Part shown: piece after piece, positions 1 through 7,253 of the stretch | Numbering within the stretch: the first letter of the stretch is position 1 | How the letters are laid out: each line of letters begins with the position of its first letter | Origin: Candidatus Saccharimonadales bacterium | Lineage (GTDB): Bacteria; Chloroflexota; Dormibacteria; Aeolococcales; Aeolococcaceae | Assembly: GCA_035532495.1 (NCBI GenBank) | Contig: DATKQX010000062.1 | Span: 47,261 to 111,260, forward strand | Reading direction: 5' to 3' | Length of the DNA stretch: 64,000 bases | Position numbers and translations under genes: made by a program | The notes under the pieces: generated by a model | The model's database searches: none | What the model saw: the letters and a program-made list of their open reading frames with translations, nothing else | What the model was told of the DNA's origin: nothing

Positions 1-1196
1 TGCGACGCCAGACCCGGCCTGCCTGGCAGCCATGCCGAGCAGACGAGCGCGCCGCAGAGCAGGATGCCGGCGCCGCACCAGAACGGCAGGCCGGCATTGA
101 CGCCGTACAAGGAACCGAGCACCGCCGCACCGAACGCCATCCCGGAGAATTGGTACAGGCCGCCGAGGCCCATCGCACGCCCGCGCAACGCCTCCGGCGT
201 GCTGTCGCCGATCACGGCGAACAGGCTCGGTTCGAGGATCACAGTGGCAACGGCCTCGATGGCGCCGATCACCAGAATCACGGCGAGGATGCGCAGAAAC
301 GGATATGTCGACGCGCAGACTGCGACCACGAGCAGGCCCGCGGTCACGAGCTTGCGCCGGTCGACACGGTCCGCCAGGCGCCCGCCGGCTCGAGCGAGCA
401 GCAGGATCGGCAGCGCGAACAGGCTCACCGAGAGCCCGATGATGAGCGGACTGTTGCCTCTCGCCGCGAGGTACTGCGGCCAGACGACGTCGTACATCGA
501 CCAGATGGTGCCCACGGCAAAGAGCACGGCGATCGGCACCACGATGCCGCGAAGCCGCCACCAGCGAAACCGTTCTTTCTCGACAACGCTCGTCGCGGGC
601 GCTGCGCGTGTCTCCGGCACGCGAAGCATCGGCCCGATGCCGATGAACATCGCGAGGCCGGTGACCCCGAACACCGCCGAATCCTGCCAGAGCGCGGCGG
701 CGCCGCCGATGAGCGGCCCGACGAGCAGCCCGACCATCTCGTAGGCCTGGAGCTGCGAGAACCGTTGCGCGCGCTGATCCGGGTCGCTGAGGTCGGTGAG
801 CGCGGCGCGCAGTGCGGGGACGTAGGCTCCGGCGCACGCTCCCATGAGAACCCGGAGCGCGGTCAGCACCGGCAACGTGCCGATATTGAAGAACAGGAAG
901 AACGCGAGCACGGCGTAGACGAGGCGCGGTCCCACGAGAAAGGGCTTGCGACCCCAGCGATCGCAGAGGCGCCCCGCCGGCACCTGCACCAGGGTGTTGG
1001 CAACGAGGGGCCCGGCGATGAAGATCGCGACGGCGACCGAGTTCCCGCCGCGGTGTGCGACGTAGAGCGGGGCGATCGGAAACACCGCGGCGACCCCGGT
1101 GAACATCACGAGCTGGCCCATGAGCAACCAGAACGCGGGGTCGCCCTGGCGCTGACCGGTGCGCGCGACGACGTCAGTGCCGGCCATCGGCGTCAT
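1..1196 (-). CDS. MFS transporter (C-terminal end lies left of the window)
   Basis: Not in the ORF track because it leaves the window. Manual reverse translation from ATG (plus-strand CAT 1194-1196) gives MTPMAGTDVVARTGQRQGDPAFWLLMGQLVMFTGVAAVFPIAPLYVAHRGG..., many hydrophobic helices and the MFS TM2-TM3 loop motif GRLCDRWGRKP. Plus-strand ORFs 64..744 and 150..1250 are Arg/Pro-rich antisense shadows. Confidence 0.75.
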   Translation of the reverse strand, partial: MTPMAGTDVVARTGQRQGDPAFWLLMGQLVMFTGVAAVFPIAPLYVAHRGGNSVAVAIFIAGPLVANTLVQVPAGRLCDRWGRKPFLVGPRLVYAVLAFFLFFNIGTLPVLTALRVLMGACAGAYVPALRAALTDLSDPDQRAQRFSQLQAYEMVGLLVGPLIGGAAALWQDSAVFGVTGLAMFIGIGPMLRVPETRAAPATSVVEKERFRWWRLRGIVVPIAVLFAVGTIWSMYDVVWPQYLAARGNSPLIIGLSVSLFALPILLLARAGGRLADRVDRRKLVTAGLLVVAVCASTYPFLRILAVILVIGAIEAVATVILEPSLFAVIGDSTPEALRGRAMGLGGLYQFSGMAFGAAVLGSLYGVNAGLPFWCGAGILLCGALVCSAWLPGRPGLAS

Positions 1197-1250
1197 TCTC
1201 GGCCTGGGTCCTCAGGTTTTGCTCCGGGGCTCTTGGACTACGATGGCTGT

Positions 1251-1709
1251 ATGGCAGTTGGCTACACGCCTGTCGACGACGATCTCTACCGCGAGATCAT
1301 TCTCGACCATTACCGCAATCCGCGTCACCACCAGACGGTGGTCCCTGCCGACCGCATCATCGAGGCGAACAATCCTCTGTGCGGCGATGAGATCGACCTG
1401 AGTTACCGCCTCGCGGACGGGACGGTTGCGGCCATCGGTTTCACAGGGCGTGGATGCTCGATCAGCCAGGCGTCCGCGAGCATGCTGTGTGAAGCGGTGA
1501 GCGGCATGAGCGTCGACGATGCGGCGCACCTTGCCGAGGTGTTCCGCGCAATGCTCACCGGCAACGGCGAGACGGGCACGACCGACATCGGCGACCTCGA
1601 GGCGCTGCGCGGTGTGCGCGCCTATCCGGTGCGCGTCAAATGCGCGACCCTGGTCTGGAACGCACTGCTCGAGGGCCTCACGGAAACGGAAACGAGGACG
1701 GGAACATGA
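1251..1709 (+). CDS. sufU: SUF-type Fe-S cluster scaffold SufU (NifU N-terminal family)
   Basis: In-frame ATG at 1251 inside track ORF 150..1709. Hallmark motifs NPLCGDEIDL, GRGCSISQASASM and VKCATLVW (three Cys ligands). Confidence 0.85.
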   Translation: MAVGYTPVDDDLYREIILDHYRNPRHHQTVVPADRIIEANNPLCGDEIDLSYRLADGTVAAIGFTGRGCSISQASASMLCEAVSGMSVDDAAHLAEVFRAMLTGNGETGTTDIGDLEALRGVRAYPVRVKCATLVWNALLEGLTETETRTGT

Positions 1710-2047
1710 CCACGACCGAGTCGACCACGCCGCCTGAGGCCAAGGCGTCCGATGAGCTCATCCGCGCGGCGCTCGGTGAGGTCTACGACCCCGAGATTGG
1801 GATCGACATCGTGTCGCTGGGCCTGATCTACGGCACGAACATCGATGACGAGGGACTGCTGACGATCGACATGACCCTGACCACCCCGTACTGCCCGATG
1901 GGTCCGATCATCGAAACCCAGGCGCACGCGGTCTGCGCGCCCCTCCCTGGGGTTCGCGATGTCCACATCAACCTCGTGTGGTCGCCACCGTGGGACCCGC
2001 GCACGATGGCGTCCGACGAAGCGCAGCTCGAGCTCGGCATCTACTGA
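1706..2047 (+). CDS. sufT: DUF59/MIP18-family Fe-S assembly protein (SufT-like)
   Basis: ATG 1706 overlaps the sufU stop (ATGA). Signature LGEVYDPEIGIDIVSLGLIY and TTPYCPMG. Confidence 0.8.
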   Translation: MTTTESTTPPEAKASDELIRAALGEVYDPEIGIDIVSLGLIYGTNIDDEGLLTIDMTLTTPYCPMGPIIETQAHAVCAPLPGVRDVHINLVWSPPWDPRTMASDEAQLELGIY

Positions 2048-2074
2048 CGTCGACGCCGACCGGGCCGGTCTGGC

Positions 2075-2455
2075 ATGGTTGCCGCCATGGAGCGCGTCTT
2101 CACCCACGCAGAGGCAACCGCGATGATCCCTGAGCTGACGGAGTTGCTCACCGCGCTCCGTGTTGCGCACCGCCGCTCTGCCGGACGGTCGGCCGAGAGC
2201 ACCGCGCACGGGGTTTCGGCGAATGGGTCCGCTACGGCCGCCGTGACGGCCTCAGGGCCGTTCCATGAGGCCCAACGCCTCAGCAGCCGGATAGAGGGGC
2301 TCGGCGTCATCCTGCGCGATCCTGAGACGGGTCTCGTCGACTTCGCTGCCGTCCGCAACGATGAGCCGATCTACCTCTGCTGGCGGCTCGGCGAGGAACG
2401 CATCGGGTACTGGCATCCGCGCGATACCGGGTTCATGGGCCGCATGCCGCTCTGA
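2075..2455 (+). CDS. DUF2203-like protein
   Basis: C-terminal GVILRDPETGLVDFAAVRNDEPIYLCWRLGEERIGYWHPRDTGFMGR resembles the DUF2203 family as I recall it. Start could also be ATG 2087. Confidence 0.55.
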   Translation: MVAAMERVFTHAEATAMIPELTELLTALRVAHRRSAGRSAESTAHGVSANGSATAAVTASGPFHEAQRLSSRIEGLGVILRDPETGLVDFAAVRNDEPIYLCWRLGEERIGYWHPRDTGFMGRMPL

Positions 2456-2463
2456 GGAGTTCC

Positions 2464-3141
2464 TCAGCCGGGTGTTTCGGACTCCGCGAGCTTCACCACC
2501 TCGTCGCGCGTCATGCGCAGGAAGAGCGCCAGATCATCGCTGCGATCGAGGAAGCGCACCTGCACGACGATGTCGTGCTTGAAGAAGCCGGCCGGCCGGA
2601 CCACGATGCCGACCAGCTCCCCGTCGTCGAACAGCACGTCCTCGACGGTCCCGAGCCTGTCGCCGTCGTGTCCGATCATCACGTTCTCACCGTGCCGGAT
2701 CTCGACGTCGCCCGGCAGCTTGTCAGCGGTCTCATCAATGCGCGGAAACAGCGGCCCGGCGCCGATGGGCCCGCCGATCATCGCTGCGGTGTAGCGCCAC
2801 TGGTCTCCGGCCTCCAGCGGCTTGTACTGATAGCTGAGATAGGGCGGCAGGTTGCGAGTGGCGCGCTTGTCGAGCTTGAGCCGCACTTCGCCCGGCGTGA
2901 TGCTGTCCACCGCGTCGAGCGGGACGATCACCTCGGCGACCATCAATCCGGCACCGGGGGCGAGGACCTTCCCGGAGAACCACTCGGTCTCACGCACGAT
3001 CAGTGCATGCGGGTCCCAGGTCTCGCCGTCGACGACGATGCGTTGCAGCGTGCCCGCGTGGTGCCCGTCGGACGTGTGCACCGATGCACCCAGGTGAAAG
3101 TCGTCGAGCCGTCGGCCGGACTGCTCAGACCCGGCACTCAC
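2464..3141 (-). CDS. PRC-barrel domain protein (two PRC-like repeats)
   Basis: GTG start. Two repeats of the pattern G..V...DG..(A/L)GT(L/V)..(I/V)(V/L).D (HLGASVHTSDGHHAGTLQRIVVD and VMIGHDGDRLGTVEDVLFDD). GGAG lies 9 nt upstream of the start. Confidence 0.6.
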   Translation of the reverse strand: MSAGSEQSGRRLDDFHLGASVHTSDGHHAGTLQRIVVDGETWDPHALIVRETEWFSGKVLAPGAGLMVAEVIVPLDAVDSITPGEVRLKLDKRATRNLPPYLSYQYKPLEAGDQWRYTAAMIGGPIGAGPLFPRIDETADKLPGDVEIRHGENVMIGHDGDRLGTVEDVLFDDGELVGIVVRPAGFFKHDIVVQVRFLDRSDDLALFLRMTRDEVVKLAESETPG

Positions 3142-3265
3142 GACACAACTCCGAACCGGGATACACTTTGCGTGCGTCTCTCGGCCCGGACCCGCCCCGC
3201 CTTAAACACACGACGCAATGCGGAAGCGGTGCCGTGGCACTCAGGCAAAAGGAGGACCATCGCCA

Positions 3266-3322
3266 ATGAACGATTGTTCGAGTACCACGTCCTTCCCGAC
3301 CAGCGCTTGGGTGGAGAACTGA
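3266..3322 (+). CDS. candidate 18-codon small ORF (MNDCSSTTSFPTSAWVEN)
   Basis: ATG 3266 is preceded by AAGGAGG (3249-3255) with a 10-nt spacer. It lies in a ~300-bp intergenic gap between two minus-strand genes. There is no homology evidence. Confidence 0.2.
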   Translation: MNDCSSTTSFPTSAWVEN

Positions 3323-3399
3323 CCGCAGGGAGCCAGGTCACCACTCGGAGAGAGGCGCAAACCGTCGCATTCGGCGGTCTCTCCACTCACTCGCGCTAA

Positions 3400-3416
3400 C
3401 CGCGGCACAGCCGCGG
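3400..3416 (-). terminator. perfect 6-bp GC hairpin CCGCGG-cacag-CCGCGG downstream of gene 3439..4089
   Basis: Seen directly. A second imperfect hairpin GGAGAGA...TCTCTCC spans 3347-3384. No U-tract follows either, so intrinsic-terminator status is uncertain. Confidence 0.3.
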
Positions 3417-3438
3417 ATTGAGCCAATCACCGGCTTCA

Positions 3439-4089
3439 TCAGGTGAAACGCGCCGTCTCGACCTGCGCCTCGCGGGTCGAGACGGACGGGGCCGGAACGA
3501 TCTGATCCGTTTCGACCCAGCCCTCGTCCGCGCCCGCGCCGGCGACGCGTACCTTCACGAACTGCCCTGCGCGCTCCGCGAGCGCCTCGACCTCGGTCGC
3601 GGTGAAGATCTCCCGCCCCCGCGGCGCGTCATGACGTGGCTCGTCGAAGAGGCGGTATGGCATGCCCGCCCACGAGGCGACCAGCGTTACCGGCCCTGGC
3701 GGAATGCGCCGGTCGCGATAGACGGTCCGCGGGTCGCCCGCGCCGGCGGTGAGGAGCCGGACCACCTGCAGGGCCCGGCTGGTCGGGCCTCCGTCGGCCT
3801 TGCCCATCGCCTTGGCGATGAGGCCGCCACCCGAACTCGCCTCGACTTCGACCTCCGTGCCCTCGGTGACCTCCGCTGCCCGAACGCGCACCCAGCGGAT
3901 GCGCACTTTCGGCTTCGCCCAGTTGCCGAACAGGCCGCGCCGGCGATGCTCAACGATCCGCGCCTCGCTCTCGCCGACGATCTCGTAGCGGTACGGTGGG
4001 GTGCCGATCAGCTGTTCCACGGCCGCGAACACCTCGCGCGGCGGAGCGGCGGCGATGAGCCGCCACGTGTGAGCGGAGGGAGCCAGCAT
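3439..4089 (-). CDS. hypothetical protein, possible C-terminal SH3-like domain
   Basis: Balanced amino-acid composition from the internal ATG 4089 (MLAPSAHTWRLIAAAPPREVF...). The upstream 54 aa of the track ORF are Ser/Arg-rich and overlap the next gene's 3' end. The opposite-strand ORF 3418..4104 is Arg-rich shadow. Confidence 0.55.
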   Translation of the reverse strand: MLAPSAHTWRLIAAAPPREVFAAVEQLIGTPPYRYEIVGESEARIVEHRRRGLFGNWAKPKVRIRWVRVRAAEVTEGTEVEVEASSGGGLIAKAMGKADGGPTSRALQVVRLLTAGAGDPRTVYRDRRIPPGPVTLVASWAGMPYRLFDEPRHDAPRGREIFTATEVEALAERAGQFVKVRVAGAGADEGWVETDQIVPAPSVSTREAQVETARFT

Positions 4090-4114
4090 CGCCCCGGATT
4101 GTAGCCGGGTGCGC

Positions 4115-4588
4115 TCAAGCACCCGGTGGCGCGGTCGGCCCCCGAGGCGGCGCGCGGTCGATCCTATAGCGCTCGCACATGCCGTCAAAGCGGTCGGCGG
4201 TGTACGTGTCGAGGAGGCCGCGATGGCGCTCGATGAGCGGGACGATCTCATCGCGAAGGTAGCGACCTCGAGCTGACCACTGGTAGTAGGAACGACCGCC
4301 GTGGTGGTAGGGGCCGTAGAGCCGGCTCCCGGCGAACGTCCGCGTCAGCCACTCGAAGGTCCGTTCGTGGCGGACGTGCATGCGCAGGGTCACCTGCGGC
4401 TGGCGGCCGTCGCCACCGAAGTGCCCCTCGCCGACGAGCAGCCCCACCAGGAACCCGGTCGCGAGCTCGTCGGCCGGAAGCTCGTCGGCCGGAGGCTCGT
4501 CGGGTGGGCGCTGTTGGGGTCGGAGCTCCTGGGGTGGGCCCGAGCTCGGCCCGAATCCGCCTTCGTCGTCCCCGTCGACACCGGGCAT
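4115..4588 (-). CDS. free-standing single-motif LAGLIDADG homing-endonuclease-like protein
   Basis: Motif GFLVGLLVGEGHFGG matches LAGLIDADG (acidic residue retained) at the start of a ~110-aa domain. The N-terminus is an acidic/Pro-rich low-complexity extension. Confidence 0.6.
   Translation of the reverse strand: MPGVDGDDEGGFGPSSGPPQELRPQQRPPDEPPADELPADELATGFLVGLLVGEGHFGGDGRQPQVTLRMHVRHERTFEWLTRTFAGSRLYGPYHHGGRSYYQWSARGRYLRDEIVPLIERHRGLLDTYTADRFDGMCERYRIDRAPPRGPTAPPGA
4464..4508. repeat. 15-bp tandem repeat x3 (AGCTCGTCGGCCGGA, two identical copies plus one degenerate)
   Basis: Read directly. It encodes PADELPADEL in the N-terminal extension of the LAGLIDADG-like gene. Confidence 0.8.
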
Positions 4589-4764
4589 GAAGCCAACGGT
4601 AGTCGACGGCGTGTTTCACCGGCAAGTTTGGTGTGCAACATTCCCTGGGCGGCTGTGTGCGGCATCTTTGAGTTTTCCACAGGTTGCGCAGCTTTTCGAC
4701 AACCCTCCAACTCGGAGAGGTGCGAAGTTGCGGTTCCATGCCTGGGGAAACTCGGGATAACTCG

Positions 4765-5622
4765 ATGTCCAGGTGGTCGCCTGAGCGATCCGCCCATAAT
4801 CACCCGCTAACCGTGCCACCCACCATCCTCGCCGTCGCAAATCAGAAGGGCGGTGTCGGCAAGACCACCACGGCCGTCAGCGTGGGCGCGGCCCTGGCCG
4901 AGATGGGCCGGAAGGTGCTCCTGATCGACATCGACCCCCAGGCGAACGCCACCTCGGGCGTCGGCATCGATCGCAGCCGCGTGGAAACGAGCATCTACGA
5001 CGTCGTCGTCCTCGGCAGGTCGCTCTCTGACGCGCGGCTCCCAACCGCCGTTCCAGGGCTGGATATCGTTCCATCCGACATCGCGCTGGCCGGCTCCGAG
5101 ATCGAACTCGTCGATCTGGCCCGCCGCGAACGCCGGCTGCAGTACGCGCTCGAGTCGCTGGCCTCCGACGACGACTACGTGATCATCGATGCGCCGCCAA
5201 GCCTCGGGCTGCTCACGGTCAACGCCGTGGTCGCCGCCGAGGCGCTGCTCATCCCGATCCAGTGCGAGTTCTATGCACTCGAGGGGCTCGGACTGCTCAT
5301 GCACACGCTGGCGCTGCTCCGCCGAGAGCTCAATCCGACCCTGGGCGTGGCCGGGATCGTCATGACCCTCTTCGATGCCCGCCTCGCCCTCGCGCACCAG
5401 GTGGTGGACGAGGTCCGGACCCGTTTCGGCGATCAGCTGCTCACCCCGCTCATTCCGCGCAACGTGCGGCTCAGCGAAGCGCCGAGCCACGGCATGCCGA
5501 TCACCCTCTACGACCCGACCTGCCGCGGTGCGATCGCGTACCGCGAGCTGAGCGCCAATCTCGACGCCCGCATCCAGGGCGGGAAAGCCCTTGCGACATC
5601 AGGAATTTCGAGCCCCGTATGA
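4765..5622 (+). CDS. parA: chromosome partitioning ATPase ParA/Soj
   Basis: Deviant Walker A ANQKGGVGKTTT with ParA-like sequence throughout. Start is uncertain (ATG 4765 or GTG 4813, the latter giving VPPTILAVANQKGG). Confidence 0.9.
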   Translation: MSRWSPERSAHNHPLTVPPTILAVANQKGGVGKTTTAVSVGAALAEMGRKVLLIDIDPQANATSGVGIDRSRVETSIYDVVVLGRSLSDARLPTAVPGLDIVPSDIALAGSEIELVDLARRERRLQYALESLASDDDYVIIDAPPSLGLLTVNAVVAAEALLIPIQCEFYALEGLGLLMHTLALLRRELNPTLGVAGIVMTLFDARLALAHQVVDEVRTRFGDQLLTPLIPRNVRLSEAPSHGMPITLYDPTCRGAIAYRELSANLDARIQGGKALATSGISSPV

Positions 5623-6533
5623 CTGACGAGACGGTGCCACCACGCTCGTTTCGACGCCGGGGGCTGGGGCGTGGCCTCGAGGCGCTGCTCAGCAGCGAAT
5701 CCGAAGCCGCGGCCGAAGGTCCGGCGCTCGTCAACGTCGACCCGCGCTCGGTCGCGCCCAACCCGGAGCAGCCACGCCGCGCGTTCGACGCCGATTCACT
5801 CCAGGCGCTTGGCGATTCGATCCGCCTCCACGGTTTGCTCCACCCCATCGTGGTCCAGCGCGACGGTGATACCTACCGATTGGTGGCGGGAGAGCGCCGT
5901 TTGCGCGCGGCCCAGCTTGCCGGCGTCTCGGCGATCCCTGCCATCGTCCGGCCGGCCGCCGTCTCCGGGCGCCAGTCCCTCGAGGTGGCGCTCACCGAGA
6001 ACCTCGTGCGCAGCGATCTCAATCCAATGGAGGAGGCCGCCGCCTACGCGCGGCTGTCGGACGCATTCGGGCTCACCCACGAGGCGATCGCGCTCCGCCT
6101 CGGTCGCACGCGATCGGGGGTTTCCAACGCAATCCGCCTGCTCAACCTGCCCGCCCCCGTCCAGGAGGCGGTGGCCGAATCGCGCCTGACGGCCGGCCAC
6201 GCGCGTGCGCTGCTCGTCCTGACGAATGCCTCAGACCAGGAGGCGGTCGCTGCGGTCGTCATCGCGGACGGCCTCAGCGTCCGCGAGACCGAGCAGGCCG
6301 TCCGCGCGCGCCTCGAGCGCGACAGCGCGCCGGCTCGTCCGCGAACGAGCACTTCCGAGCCGGTGCGGCTGACGCCTGACGACGCCGCGTTGCGACGCGG
6401 CCTGGAGCAAGCGCTGGGCGTGTCCGTGCGGCTGCAACGCCGCAAGGGGGGCGGCGGCAGGATCGTCATCGACTGGGCAGAGGACGCGGACCTGGACGCG
6501 CTCTACGAGAGGTTGGGCGGCCCGCCACTCTGA
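5619..6533 (+). CDS. parB: chromosome partitioning protein ParB/Spo0J
   Basis: ATG 5619 overlaps the parA stop (ATGA). Motifs RGLGRGLEALL, GLLHPIVV and LVAGERRLRAAQLAG. Confidence 0.9.
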   Translation: MTDETVPPRSFRRRGLGRGLEALLSSESEAAAEGPALVNVDPRSVAPNPEQPRRAFDADSLQALGDSIRLHGLLHPIVVQRDGDTYRLVAGERRLRAAQLAGVSAIPAIVRPAAVSGRQSLEVALTENLVRSDLNPMEEAAAYARLSDAFGLTHEAIALRLGRTRSGVSNAIRLLNLPAPVQEAVAESRLTAGHARALLVLTNASDQEAVAAVVIADGLSVRETEQAVRARLERDSAPARPRTSTSEPVRLTPDDAALRRGLEQALGVSVRLQRRKGGGGRIVIDWAEDADLDALYERLGGPPL

Positions 6534-6544
6534 CAGCCCCGGGA

Positions 6545-7171
6545 TCAGCCGACCGGACGGTCCGCTGCCCCGGTAAACCGCGCCTCGGCTGCGTCGGCGT
6601 CAAAGTTGGCGAGGAACGCCTCGATGTACTTCGGACGATCCGCCGGCTTGTAGTCGAGCAGAAACGCATGCTCCCAGACGTCCATCACGACGATCGGCCT
6701 GAAGCCGGCGATGTTGCCGTCCTCGTGCAGTGTGATCCAGTGATTGCTGAGACGCCCGGTTGCCGTGTCGAGGTATGTGACTGCCCAGCCCACGCCGCGC
6801 ATCCCACCGATCGCGGTGAAATCCTTGCGCCACGTGTCGATGTCTCCGAACGACTCGCCCAGCGCGCGACCGAGCGGCGACGACGACGAGATGCCGCCAC
6901 CAGTCGCCTTGGTGAGGTTACCGAAGTACCACTCGTGCAGCACCATCCCGTTGTATTCAAAGCCGAGTCTGCGAGTCAGTTCCGCGTACGCAGGGTTCGA
7001 GGACTGTCCTGACGTCTGCATCGTCACAAGCTGCTCGTTGAGAAGGTTGACGTTTTTGACATAACCGCCATAAAGTCCGAAATGGACCTCGAGCGTGTTG
7101 TCGGAGATGCCGGTCAGCCCGGAAAGGTCGAAGGTTCGCGCCTTGTAGGGGGTCTGGGTCAGCAGGGCCAT
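6545..7171 (-). CDS. Fe/Mn-family superoxide dismutase-like protein
   Basis: C-terminal DVWEHAFLLDYK motif and central HEWYF motif of the Fe/Mn SOD fold. The N-terminal His pattern is atypical (LEVHFGLYGGYV). Confidence 0.7.
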   Translation of the reverse strand: MALLTQTPYKARTFDLSGLTGISDNTLEVHFGLYGGYVKNVNLLNEQLVTMQTSGQSSNPAYAELTRRLGFEYNGMVLHEWYFGNLTKATGGGISSSSPLGRALGESFGDIDTWRKDFTAIGGMRGVGWAVTYLDTATGRLSNHWITLHEDGNIAGFRPIVVMDVWEHAFLLDYKPADRPKYIEAFLANFDADAAEARFTGAADRPVG

Positions 7172-7253
7172 CTCTCGCCTCGTGTGTGACGCTGAATCCC
7201 TTGCGGGAGTTTTCGTTCGCCCCCATTTTGGCAGCGCCGTACGACGGCTCGCA

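Noticed and set aside
150-1250. N-terminal 367 aa of track ORF 150..1709
   Set aside because: It is antisense to the MFS transporter and Arg/His/Asp-rich. The SufU homology begins only at ATG 1251.
2453-2466. Mini-palindrome TGAGG-agtt-CCTCA containing the convergent stop codons of DUF2203 and the PRC-barrel gene
   Set aside because: A 5-bp stem is too short to call a terminator. It is probably coincidental.
4611-4626. parS-like sequence TGTTTCACCGGCAAGT upstream of parA (also GGTGAAACG near 3443)
   Set aside because: Only one half-site matches the TGTTTCAC-GTGAAACA palindrome (about 11/16). I found no full parS by eye in the window. A genome-wide scan is needed.
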